IMG/VR virus record: IMGVR_UViG_3300011189_000006
Span: 27,135-91,134 of that record
Length of the DNA: 64,000 nt
Direction: 5' to 3' (one strand)
Source of the DNA: a virus
Numbering within the stretch: the stretch's first letter is position 1; the number at the start of each line of letters is the position of its first letter. Under the pieces are notes generated by a model. That model worked only from the letters and a program-made list of their open reading frames with translations. It had not been told where the DNA came from and made no database searches. The translations under genes and the position numbers were made by a program. Of the stretch, positions 1 to 7,862 are shown piece after piece.

Positions 1-374
1 AAATAATCCATAAACTCACCTATTGCATTATTAGTATCTTCTTTACTGAAGTAGCCAGTGAGTTCCATTACAATATCACCTTCACTCATTCCATTCAGTA
101 TCGATTTTTTAAAAATTGAATATAAACCAGTATATACACGTCCTTGTAATTGTCCTTCAAAATTACTTGGAGAGTACTGTGCATGTCTTGATGAAGAGTT
201 TGGTGGTGTGCCTTTCTTAACAGCACCAGATGATATATCGGAAAAAAACTCAACACCATCAACAACAATGTTGCCTCTAGTATTAATCTCTACTTTTCTA
301 CCAAATAAGCTAAGTATTTTACTTTTTTTACTTTCTTTCATCATTCTTTGTTTAAAGCTATCTATGTTTTTCAT
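1..374 (-). CDS. Hypothetical protein, truncated by the window edge (MKNIDSFKQRMMKES...)
   Basis: Open minus-strand frame from ATG at 374 running off the left end. A TTAATATATA motif lies upstream (~400-409). It displaces the + strand shadow ORF 58..504. Confidence 0.7.
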   Translation of the reverse strand, partial: MKNIDSFKQRMMKESKKSKILSLFGRKVEINTRGNIVVDGVEFFSDISSGAVKKGTPPNSSSRHAQYSPSNFEGQLQGRVYTGLYSIFKKSILNGMSEGDIVMELTGYFSKEDTNNAIGEFMDY

Positions 375-556
375 CTTGTGTTATTTTTTTTTATACAAAT
401 ATATATTAAATAAGAAGTATGGCAAAACTTATAATGATATATTCAACTATTTAATACTTATGGTCTATAACATTATAATGTCTGTTGTATGTAATACATT
501 ATAGTTTATTTATGACAACAAATTATTTTTTTCAAATACAAATACAAATAAATAAA

Positions 557-1342
557 ATGTCTGATAAAATAAAATTCAAAATTAAAAATGATATGTTTCC
601 CGATTTCATATCAAAATTAAAAGACTTAACGAATATTGATAAGACAATAAAGTTAAAAATAGACAGGGATAATATACTTATGTACTCTATGCTAGGTAGT
701 GGTTCTATAATGGTAGCTTTTAAAAATTATATCCTAAAGACTAGCGATTATCTAGAAACAAAAGAAGATATAGAATACACATACGATATTATTATCACTA
801 GTTGTGATAAGTTTGTAAAGAATCTTAGTTTTATAAAAGAAGAAGATTTAATTGGTATGGTTATTACACATAGAGATTCTAATGAGAATGATGATGTTAG
901 GGTTGCTAGAAAAATAGAAATAAAGGGTGGTAAACTAAAAGTAAATTGGCTAGCAGGTGAGTACTATGAGGTGAGAGATTTAACCAAAGAAAAATTAGAA
1001 GAAAATCTTGACTTAGACAATAGAACTTGGAACTTTTCTCTTACACAATCACAATTTAGTGATGTGAAGAAGCTATCAAAAATAAACACTGACAATATAA
1101 TAACGTTCAATGTTGATAAAGGAAAAGTATCTATATTTGAAAGAGCAGCATGGGATTTAGAAATTGGGATGATAGAAAATATTGATAAGAACTTTATATT
1201 TAATAAGAGGTTTTTAAAGTGTGTTGATGAAACAATGGAAAACATAGAGTTTAGTTTGTTCGACACTTTCATACTTGTCAAAAACAACGATAACAATCTG
1301 ATGTTGTCATATGAACAAGATTTTTCAGATGAAGATTTATAA
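557..1342 (+). CDS. Probable DNA sliding clamp (gp45/PCNA-like)
   Basis: ~260 aa, acidic, with two similar halves (F..F...LKDL..ID / F..VKKLSKIN). It sits next to the PolB fragments. ATG 557 follows an A-rich leader and is preferred over 485. Confidence 0.5.
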   Translation: MSDKIKFKIKNDMFPDFISKLKDLTNIDKTIKLKIDRDNILMYSMLGSGSIMVAFKNYILKTSDYLETKEDIEYTYDIIITSCDKFVKNLSFIKEEDLIGMVITHRDSNENDDVRVARKIEIKGGKLKVNWLAGEYYEVRDLTKEKLEENLDLDNRTWNFSLTQSQFSDVKKLSKINTDNIITFNVDKGKVSIFERAAWDLEIGMIENIDKNFIFNKRFLKCVDETMENIEFSLFDTFILVKNNDNNLMLSYEQDFSDEDL

Positions 1343-1357
1343 AAAAATAAAAAATAT

Positions 1358-1705
1358 ATGATTGATAGAGATAACGACTTAGACTTAAAAAAACCTATTT
1401 TTGTTCTATATGTTAATGGTGAAGGATATTCAAGACATAATACAGAAGAAAAGATAGATCATTACAAGCATTACTTAGAAAAAGATAATATAACACTTGT
1501 TGTTATTGTATCCGATAGGGATTCATTAGAAATAGTGTGGAATGGTAGTGATTACATGAAATCTGATCAACTACTACAAACTGATATTGATAAGATAAAG
1601 AAAAGTATGTGTAAAATATATGAAGTGGTATCCGAAGATATTACAGATGCTAACATAAAAAGAAAGTTAAGAAAATATCTAATAGAAGATATACTAGATG
1701 AATAA
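1358..1705 (+). CDS. Hypothetical protein with C-terminal R-x-x-x-I-x-x-I-L motif
   Basis: ORF track; co-directional within the operon. Confidence 0.7.
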   Translation: MIDRDNDLDLKKPIFVLYVNGEGYSRHNTEEKIDHYKHYLEKDNITLVVIVSDRDSLEIVWNGSDYMKSDQLLQTDIDKIKKSMCKIYEVVSEDITDANIKRKLRKYLIEDILDE

Positions 1706-2450
1706 AAAAGTAATACACGGCGACTGTTTTGACTATATGCCAAATATAGCAAGTAAAAGTATAGACTTGATATTTGCAGATTTACCATATGGGACTACTA
1801 AGTGTAAGTGGGATTGTATTTTACCACTAGATAAACTATGGTTAGAATATAAGAGAATAATCAAAGATGATGGTGCTATATTATTGTTTGCTCAGACACC
1901 ATTTGATAAAGTTTTGGGAAGCTCTAATTTAGAAATGCTAAGATATGAATGGATATGGGAGAAAACACAATCTACTGGGTTTTTTAATGCAAAGAAAATG
2001 CCTATGAAATCGCATGAGAATATTTTGGTATTTTACAAAAAACTACCAACTTACAATCCACAGATGACAAATGGGCATAAACCTATGAATTCATATACTA
2101 AGAAAGCATCTGTTCAGAATAAGACAAAAATATATGGGAAGGTAGATAAAGATGTAAGTGGGGGTGGTGAAACAATAAGGTATCCTAGAAGTGTACAGAT
2201 ATTCCCTTCTGATAAGCAAAAAAACAAATTAAATGGAACTATACACCCAACACAAAAGCCGTTAAAACTTATAGAGTTTTTCATAAAATCGTATACAAAT
2301 AAGGATGACTTAGTATTAGATAATGTAGCGGGTAGTGGAACAGTTGCCGTTGCGTGTGAGAACTTAGAAAGAAATTATATAGTCATTGAAAAGGAAATAG
2401 AGTATTATAATATTATATTGAAAAGATTAGAAATTAATAAAAATTTATGA
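1698..2450 (+). CDS. Orphan N6A/N4C DNA methyltransferase (beta class)
   Basis: IHGDC, catalytic DLPY, HPTQKP and SAM-binding DNVAGSGT motifs. Confidence 0.93.
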   Translation: MNKKVIHGDCFDYMPNIASKSIDLIFADLPYGTTKCKWDCILPLDKLWLEYKRIIKDDGAILLFAQTPFDKVLGSSNLEMLRYEWIWEKTQSTGFFNAKKMPMKSHENILVFYKKLPTYNPQMTNGHKPMNSYTKKASVQNKTKIYGKVDKDVSGGGETIRYPRSVQIFPSDKQKNKLNGTIHPTQKPLKLIEFFIKSYTNKDDLVLDNVAGSGTVAVACENLERNYIVIEKEIEYYNIILKRLEINKNL

Positions 2451-2514
2451 AATTACATTAAACATAGTACTTAGTAAAAACTATAAATAAAAACGAATAA
2501 TAAACAAAAACTCT

Positions 2515-3231
2515 ATGAAGGCTGAAACCAAAAAAGAAATAGAGTCATTGAAAAAACAAGCGAGCAAGCTAAAAAAGGAAGTTGATTACTACAACGCCTT
2601 ACAGCTTGCTCTTTGTTAACCCCCGCTAATTTATTTAGGGGGGGGTGGATGACTAAAATTAGTATTAAACGGAAGCTATGGTGCTTTTGCTGCTCCTTAC
2701 TTTATCTTATATAATAACCACGTTGCTGGTACTATTACATCAGAAGGTAGGGAACTTACAAAAAAGATGGACAAAGATAATGAGGACTATTGGTACAAAC
2801 AATGGCACTTAGACTTTGAATTGCATAAAAAACTATACATTGATAATGTAACACAAATATCTGAAAAAGAACCAGTTAGTATATATGGTGATAGTGTAGA
2901 TGGGAAGTCCATTATAAATACACTAGAGGGTAAATTTACGATAAAAGATCTTTATGATAAACAAAATAAATTATCTATCAGAAAAGATAAAGAAGTTATA
3001 CCTGTTAACTTTAAGTCATTAAATTGGACTGATGATGAAAAAATACATTATTCTAAGGTGAAGAATATAATTAGACACAAAACTTCTAAAAAGAAATGGA
3101 AAATAAAGAGTGGTGGTAAGGAAATCATTATAACAGAAGATCATTCCCTAATTGTTTTTAGAAATGGTGAAAAAATGGAAATAAAACCAAAGGAATTAAA
3201 AAGTGGTGATAGAGTTATAATACATAATTAA
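2515..3231 (+). CDS. Family B DNA polymerase middle fragment (fingers/motif B to YGD) fused to split-intein IntN; frame interrupted by a 42-nt insert
   Basis: ATG 2515 MKAETKK...NALQLAL, [insert 2614-2655], KLVLNGSYG...AGTITSEGR...SIYGD, then SVDG intein start. All parts are in the same frame as ORF 2767..3231. Confidence 0.88.
2614..2655 (+). other. 42-nt in-frame coding-gap insert with TAA and TGA stops and a GC-rich hairpin (candidate translational bypass element)
   Basis: CTT|TGT TAA CCC CCG CTA ATT TAT TTA GGG GGG GGT GGA TGA CTA|AAA. Hairpin at 2619-2646. Removing the insert restores Q-x3-K-x3-N-x2-YG. Confidence 0.8.
2893..3228 (+). other. Split intein N-fragment (IntN, 112 aa, Ser1, no Cys)
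   Basis: Block A SVDGKSII directly after PolB YGD; block B IITEDHSL; KPKELKSGD; then stop. Confidence 0.92.
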
Positions 3232-3260
3232 AAAGACTATAGACAGAATAGAACTAGCAT

Positions 3261-3398
3261 ATGAAAAAAGAAAATTATAAACTTTTAGAAATTGAAAGTG
3301 TAGAAGAAATTGGAAGCTTTGAGGATGAATACGTATATGATTTAGAAATGGAAGACGAATCACATACCTTCATAGCAAATGATATATTAGTACATAAC
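3261..3398 (+). other. Split intein C-fragment (IntC, 46 aa, no Cys)
   Basis: Block F EYVYDLEM..HTFIAN; block G ILVHN followed by +1 Thr of TDS. Confidence 0.93.
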
Positions 3399-4577
3399 AC
3401 AGATTCAATTTTTGTATCATTCAAACCATGTATGGATCACTGTGATTGGAAAAATAAAGTATTTAACAAAGAGTATTTAAACTCTATTGATAAACCATTC
3501 ATAGTATTATCAAGAACTAAACTAGATATAGACAATCCAAATTTAGTTGGGAAGATTATATCTAATAATAACACGGAAGATGATATTGATAAATTTGAAG
3601 AACTTTTAAAAAAGCCACATGATTTAATTTTAATGGATGGGTTTTACTCTAATAACAGAGATATAGTAAAAATTGTTAAAGACATGAACTTTGGTGATAA
3701 TCTAATCTGGAACTGGTCTAATGAAGTTGACTTTATCAACGGGATTGACCAAATAAGATTTGCTAACTTCTTCAAACAAATGCTTGATGAACATGCTGAT
3801 AGTTATGGTGTTGAGAATAAAGAAGATTTTGAATTAGAAAGAATATCAGAGTCTATTATCAATATAGCTAAGAAAAAGTATATCCAACACATATTATTCG
3901 AAGATGGAATTCCTTATGAAAGAATGGATTATATATTCCCAAAAGGTGTTGAATTAGTTAGATCATCAACACCCGCATTTGCTAGAACTAAGATTGTTGA
4001 TATTGTAAAGTATTTATTTTCTCACCCAGATACATTTAATATAAAGGATTTGTTAAGATTAGTTAAAGACCTTAGAAATGAGTTTGAATTAGCAGATATT
4101 GATGATATATCAATGCAATCTTCCGTTTCTAAATATGATGTTAAGGTTATAAACGATAAGTCGTTACCACTTCAATTTGTAAGTGGTGCACATTTTGCAG
4201 TCAAGTCGGCAGCACATCACAACTATCTATTAAACGAGAACAAGTCACTACAAAATAAGTACGAGTTTATAAAATCTGGGACTAAAATAAAGTACTATGT
4301 TTGTAAGGATAAAAAGATAACAGGTATGTTTGCTTATATAAGAGGATCTTATCCTATCGAAATGGCACCAGAGATTGACTATGATACACAATTTTCTAAG
4401 TCTATACTATCACCTATAAATTCTATTATAGAGCCACTAGGGATGCCAGAAATAACCAAAAGGTTATCAGTGGTAATGGATATATTCTCTGGGTTTGGTA
4501 TGTCACCAAATAAAAAGAAAAATGACGATGATGATTTGGGAGATATTCACGATGATGGCGATGATTTTCCATGGTAA
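3261..4577 (+). CDS. IntC plus family B DNA polymerase C-terminal fragment (palm/thumb)
   Basis: HN|TDSIFV, AKKKY, KGVELVRSSTP and KIKYYV gp43-like motifs. Confidence 0.93.
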   Translation: MKKENYKLLEIESVEEIGSFEDEYVYDLEMEDESHTFIANDILVHNTDSIFVSFKPCMDHCDWKNKVFNKEYLNSIDKPFIVLSRTKLDIDNPNLVGKIISNNNTEDDIDKFEELLKKPHDLILMDGFYSNNRDIVKIVKDMNFGDNLIWNWSNEVDFINGIDQIRFANFFKQMLDEHADSYGVENKEDFELERISESIINIAKKKYIQHILFEDGIPYERMDYIFPKGVELVRSSTPAFARTKIVDIVKYLFSHPDTFNIKDLLRLVKDLRNEFELADIDDISMQSSVSKYDVKVINDKSLPLQFVSGAHFAVKSAAHHNYLLNENKSLQNKYEFIKSGTKIKYYVCKDKKITGMFAYIRGSYPIEMAPEIDYDTQFSKSILSPINSIIEPLGMPEITKRLSVVMDIFSGFGMSPNKKKNDDDDLGDIHDDGDDFPW

Positions 4578-4584
4578 TTAAAAC

Positions 4585-4622
4585 AAAACTCTTACTATTT
4601 CATATAATAGTAAGAGTTTTTT
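4585..4622. terminator. Inverted repeat, probable (bidirectional) terminator after pol
   Basis: aaaactcttacta...tagtaagagtttttt. Confidence 0.65.
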
Positions 4623-4626
4623 AATT

Positions 4627-4947
4627 ATGCATATAAGGAAGGAAATAATACAAGGTGTTGAATATAATTTCTATAATGATATAGATTATAAAACTGTCTT
4701 AAATCACTGTAACGAAGGCACAGATGGGTTTATGTATATTCTTATTAAAGATTTAGAAGAAGAAAGCAAAAAATTTGAAAGAAGTTCTAAAATAAATAAT
4801 ATATTAAATAATACACCAATACTTACAATTGATAATATAAATAACTCATACATATCATCTTACCTTTATGGGTCAGAAGACATTGATACATTTTTGAGTA
4901 TAATAATAGATAAAATAAGAAGAGATTATAATAATACCAAGTACTAG
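4627..4947 (+). CDS. Hypothetical protein
   Basis: ORF track. Confidence 0.65.
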   Translation: MHIRKEIIQGVEYNFYNDIDYKTVLNHCNEGTDGFMYILIKDLEEESKKFERSSKINNILNNTPILTIDNINNSYISSYLYGSEDIDTFLSIIIDKIRRDYNNTKY

Positions 4948-4949
4948 GA

Positions 4950-5130
4950 GAGTAAACCATATATTTAGTGAACTACTTAACCGCTAAAGGCGGTTAAGTT
5001 TCAAGAGTCAACACTTCCTCTAATGAGGACAGTTCGTCATGATTTTCGGTGGCAGTCCCTGACACCGTATTATTTTTAATTAAAGCAAAGTTTTTAATGT
5101 TTATAGCTGCATTAATATCTCTATCATGTT
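4950..5130 (-). ncRNA. Predicted TnpB omegaRNA (reRNA) overlapping the tnpB 3' end, guide ~TAAATATATGGTTTAC; 5' boundary approximate
   Basis: Known architecture of IS605 right ends; the terminal hairpin is visible in the sequence. Confidence 0.6.
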
Positions 5131-6263
5131 GTGCGTTACACTCCTTACAAGACCACTCACGGTCTTTAAGCGTTAATTCGTGGTTTATGTCTCCACAACT
5201 AGAACAAGTCTTGCTAGAGGGATCGTATCTACCTATTTTAAGTAGATTAACACCATACCAATCACATTTGTATTCTAGCATAGTGGTAAACATACCCCAC
5301 CCAACATCTGAAATAGCCTTGGCTAGTTTTCTATCTTTCATCATGCCTTTAATATCTAAATCTTCTATAGCTATAGATTGGTTCTCTTTAACTAGTCTAG
5401 AAGATTCCTTATGTAAAAAGTCTTTCCTTTGAAAAGCCGTTTTTTCATGTATTTTTGATAATTTCCTTTTAGTACGTACTCCTTTGTTTCTAGAGTATTT
5501 CCTTTGTGTATATTTTAACTTTGATTCATTATTTTTTAAATATCTAGGATTATTGACTTTATCTCCTTTTGAGAATACCATAAAATCTTTAATGCCTAAA
5601 TCTATACCAATGGTCGTCTCAGCTTTTATGACTGGCTTAGGCTTTCTGCCTACACCAGTATCACATGATATGCTTACATAATACTTACCAGTTGGTCTTC
5701 TAGATATAGTAGCGAACTTTATCGCTCCCTTTGCCGCTCTATGCAACTCAATTTTTATACCTTCTCTGAATTTAGGTATGGATAGTTTTCCATCATCAAA
5801 ATATATATTTTGTGGTATATGGAACGATTGCTTACCACTCCATTTAGACTTAAATTTAGGATAGCCACTTGTTTTTCTACGAAATCTTTTAAAAGCATTA
5901 TCTAGGTTTTTAATTGGTGCTTGTAAGGTTTGGCTATTTATTTCTTTTAACCACTCAACATCTTTTTTAAGACCAGGTATTTGCTTTATTAGGTAGTAAC
6001 AATCAAAAGGAGTTGTTTTATTTTCGTTAGAAGAATTGTTTACCTCCAACCCTATATTATATATGAATCTAGCAGAACCAATATGTTTATTGATTAGTTC
6101 TACTTGTTCCTTATTTGGATATAATCTGTACTCAAATGCTCTTAACATAATGTATATATTAATAAATATCCCTTCTCTATTACTATTCTAGATTTTATTT
6201 GTATATTTGCCTACGCCTTACATCACATCGGCTGAAGACCAATGTGTTTCACGACATGATTTT
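4968..6263 (-). mobile_element. IS200/IS605-family element (tnpB only, IS1341-type)
   Basis: Right-end hairpin acttaaccgc-taaag-gcggttaagt ending GTAGTTCAC on the minus strand. Left-end hairpin cacatcggctgaagaccaatgtg (6225-6247). TTAT putative TAM lies just outside the left end. Confidence 0.85.
4994..6148 (-). CDS. tnpB: RNA-guided endonuclease TnpB (IS605 OrfB)
   Basis: HTH AFEYRLYPNKEQ; RuvC D-E-D intact (GIDLG, IEDL, DRDINAA); Zn finger CSSC/CKEC. Confidence 0.95.
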   Translation of the reverse strand: MLRAFEYRLYPNKEQVELINKHIGSARFIYNIGLEVNNSSNENKTTPFDCYYLIKQIPGLKKDVEWLKEINSQTLQAPIKNLDNAFKRFRRKTSGYPKFKSKWSGKQSFHIPQNIYFDDGKLSIPKFREGIKIELHRAAKGAIKFATISRRPTGKYYVSISCDTGVGRKPKPVIKAETTIGIDLGIKDFMVFSKGDKVNNPRYLKNNESKLKYTQRKYSRNKGVRTKRKLSKIHEKTAFQRKDFLHKESSRLVKENQSIAIEDLDIKGMMKDRKLAKAISDVGWGMFTTMLEYKCDWYGVNLLKIGRYDPSSKTCSSCGDINHELTLKDREWSCKECNAQHDRDINAAINIKNFALIKNNTVSGTATENHDELSSLEEVLTLET

Positions 6264-6300
6264 ATAAATTAATATATAGTATATAAAAATAATGTAAAAT

Positions 6301-6801
6301 ATGAATGCCCTTATGAGATATGATGGTTATACATCAAGTGATAGAGTGGATGATTTACTAGATAAAATATTAAGATATGGAATTGGTTCTATAACAGAAC
6401 TTGAAATATCATTTTTAGACTCATATTCATGTAATGAAGAAGAATCCATACATAATATTATAATAAAAGAAGAATCTGAAAAGGTTTTTGAAGATGATGA
6501 TAGTAACTTTAGGTTTGAGTATTCACATACTGAAATTCTTGATGAAGAGAGGCATTTTATAGGTACTCTATATGTACCAGATATGATTTTAAATAAAAGA
6601 CATAAAATAGAAGGTATATTAAGTGGTAAAATAATATTATTCCATAATGGTACTACATCACCAGACTTTTATCATTTTATTGATAATAAAACACATTACG
6701 ATGTATTTGAGTTCTGTTCTAGACTAGAATATGAATTAGATATGTTTATTGATTATGTAATAGGTGAGATAACTAATAATGATTTCGAATCAAAGGTTTA
6801 A
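6301..6801 (+). CDS. Hypothetical protein
   Basis: ORF track; TTAATATATA upstream. Confidence 0.75.
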   Translation: MNALMRYDGYTSSDRVDDLLDKILRYGIGSITELEISFLDSYSCNEEESIHNIIIKEESEKVFEDDDSNFRFEYSHTEILDEERHFIGTLYVPDMILNKRHKIEGILSGKIILFHNGTTSPDFYHFIDNKTHYDVFEFCSRLEYELDMFIDYVIGEITNNDFESKV

Positions 6802-6811
6802 GGTTTAAATT

Positions 6812-7336
6812 TTAAAGATTTCTGGGTAAGTCAGCATCTGTATCTTCTGGCTCTATATTCTCATCATCCTCTAAATCGCTATAAAAGTCTTCCTCCTCTA
6901 AATAATATTCATCAGATTTTCTTCTTTTTTCTTTCTGTATCTGATTAACATAATAACCAGCGATTATAAATTCAGTACCAGCCCAAAGTAAAAACTCTGA
7001 CATTGTCATAAATTTATAATGGTGTAATAAATATAATACCATACCAGTCTGTCCTATTATAAAACCAATTGATGATTCAAACCTTTTCTTAGAGAAAAAT
7101 GATGGCTCATCAGAATATATTTTACAAAATTCTCTAATCACCCATTTCAAATTCATCCAACCAAAGAATCCGTATATAAATATGTTTCTATTTTTTTTAG
7201 TATCAGTACAATTGTCACTACATCTTCTTTTACTAGTACCTGTTTTTAAATTTACTTGAATAGTTTTATTGCCTCTTGATCTACTCTTTGACACATCTAG
7301 GTTAATTACGTATCTCTTTGATTTCTTGTTTTCCAT
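6812..7336 (-). CDS. Membrane protein with 2-3 hydrophobic segments and an acidic tail (possibly holin-like)
   Basis: Hydrophobic segments IGFIIGQTGMVLYLL and FLLWAGTEFIIAGYY. Confidence 0.55.
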   Translation of the reverse strand: MENKKSKRYVINLDVSKSRSRGNKTIQVNLKTGTSKRRCSDNCTDTKKNRNIFIYGFFGWMNLKWVIREFCKIYSDEPSFFSKKRFESSIGFIIGQTGMVLYLLHHYKFMTMSEFLLWAGTEFIIAGYYVNQIQKEKRRKSDEYYLEEEDFYSDLEDDENIEPEDTDADLPRNL

Positions 7337-7499
7337 ACAGTATATATTATTTTATGAAAATAGATTATTAATATATAAGCCATATTTGATTATGGGCTTA
7401 ACGAAAACATTACAATCTTTGCTAAAAGAGCAAAACAAACACTTTATATCGGTTGATAATAAGTTTTTCAAAAGATGGAAATATATTATTATACTTATT

Positions 7500-7859
7500 A
7501 TGAAAATGAATCCAAATTATAAACATTGTGTTATATACAGAAAAAGGTATAAAAGACTAAATTACTTTGTGGTTGTTGGGTTAAAATATAGTGGTGAAAA
7601 TGTTAAGAGGAGAACTTCGGGATTTGCTAAAAGATATATAAACCGACATAGAAATTATAGATGTATATATTGTGATGATAAGTTAAATTATGATAATGCT
7701 ACTTCTGATCATATAATACCAATAAGTAGTGGTGGTAATAACACGAAGGTTAATTTAATTGTGTGTTGTAGATACTGTAACAACGAAAGGGGAAATACTC
7801 CATTTAGAGAATACTTAAGATATAAAAACAAAAACTATAGAAGTATAAAATTCATATAG
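7500..7859 (+). CDS. HNH endonuclease
   Basis: CIYC...DHIIPISSGG.N...NL..CC..CN; ATG 7500 is the likely start. Confidence 0.85.
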   Translation: MKMNPNYKHCVIYRKRYKRLNYFVVVGLKYSGENVKRRTSGFAKRYINRHRNYRCIYCDDKLNYDNATSDHIIPISSGGNNTKVNLIVCCRYCNNERGNTPFREYLRYKNKNYRSIKFI

Positions 7860-7862
7860 TGT

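Noticed and set aside
58-504. Shadow ORFs such as 58..504+, 964..1296-, 5049..5432+, 9331..9756+, 27177..27548- and 47016..47342+
   Set aside because: They are antisense to well-supported genes and have S/L/F-rich composition typical of reverse frames.
2610-2655. Self-splicing group I/II intron or bulge-helix-bulge intron as the explanation of the PolB insert
   Set aside because: 42 nt cannot hold a ribozyme core. No register gives both a U-ending 5' exon and a terminal G with the correct protein product. The single 3-nt bulge (GGA) is on the wrong side for a BHB motif. Processing in trans is not excluded.
2614-2655. Stop-codon reassignment or readthrough of the insert
   Set aside because: It contains both TAA and TGA, readthrough would add 14 residues inside motif B, and TAA, TAG and TGA all terminate clear genes elsewhere in the window.
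3214-3231. IntN ends in IIHN, resembling a complete mini-intein
   Set aside because: It is followed by a stop with no +1 nucleophile and lacks block F. The true blocks F/G are in the next ORF.
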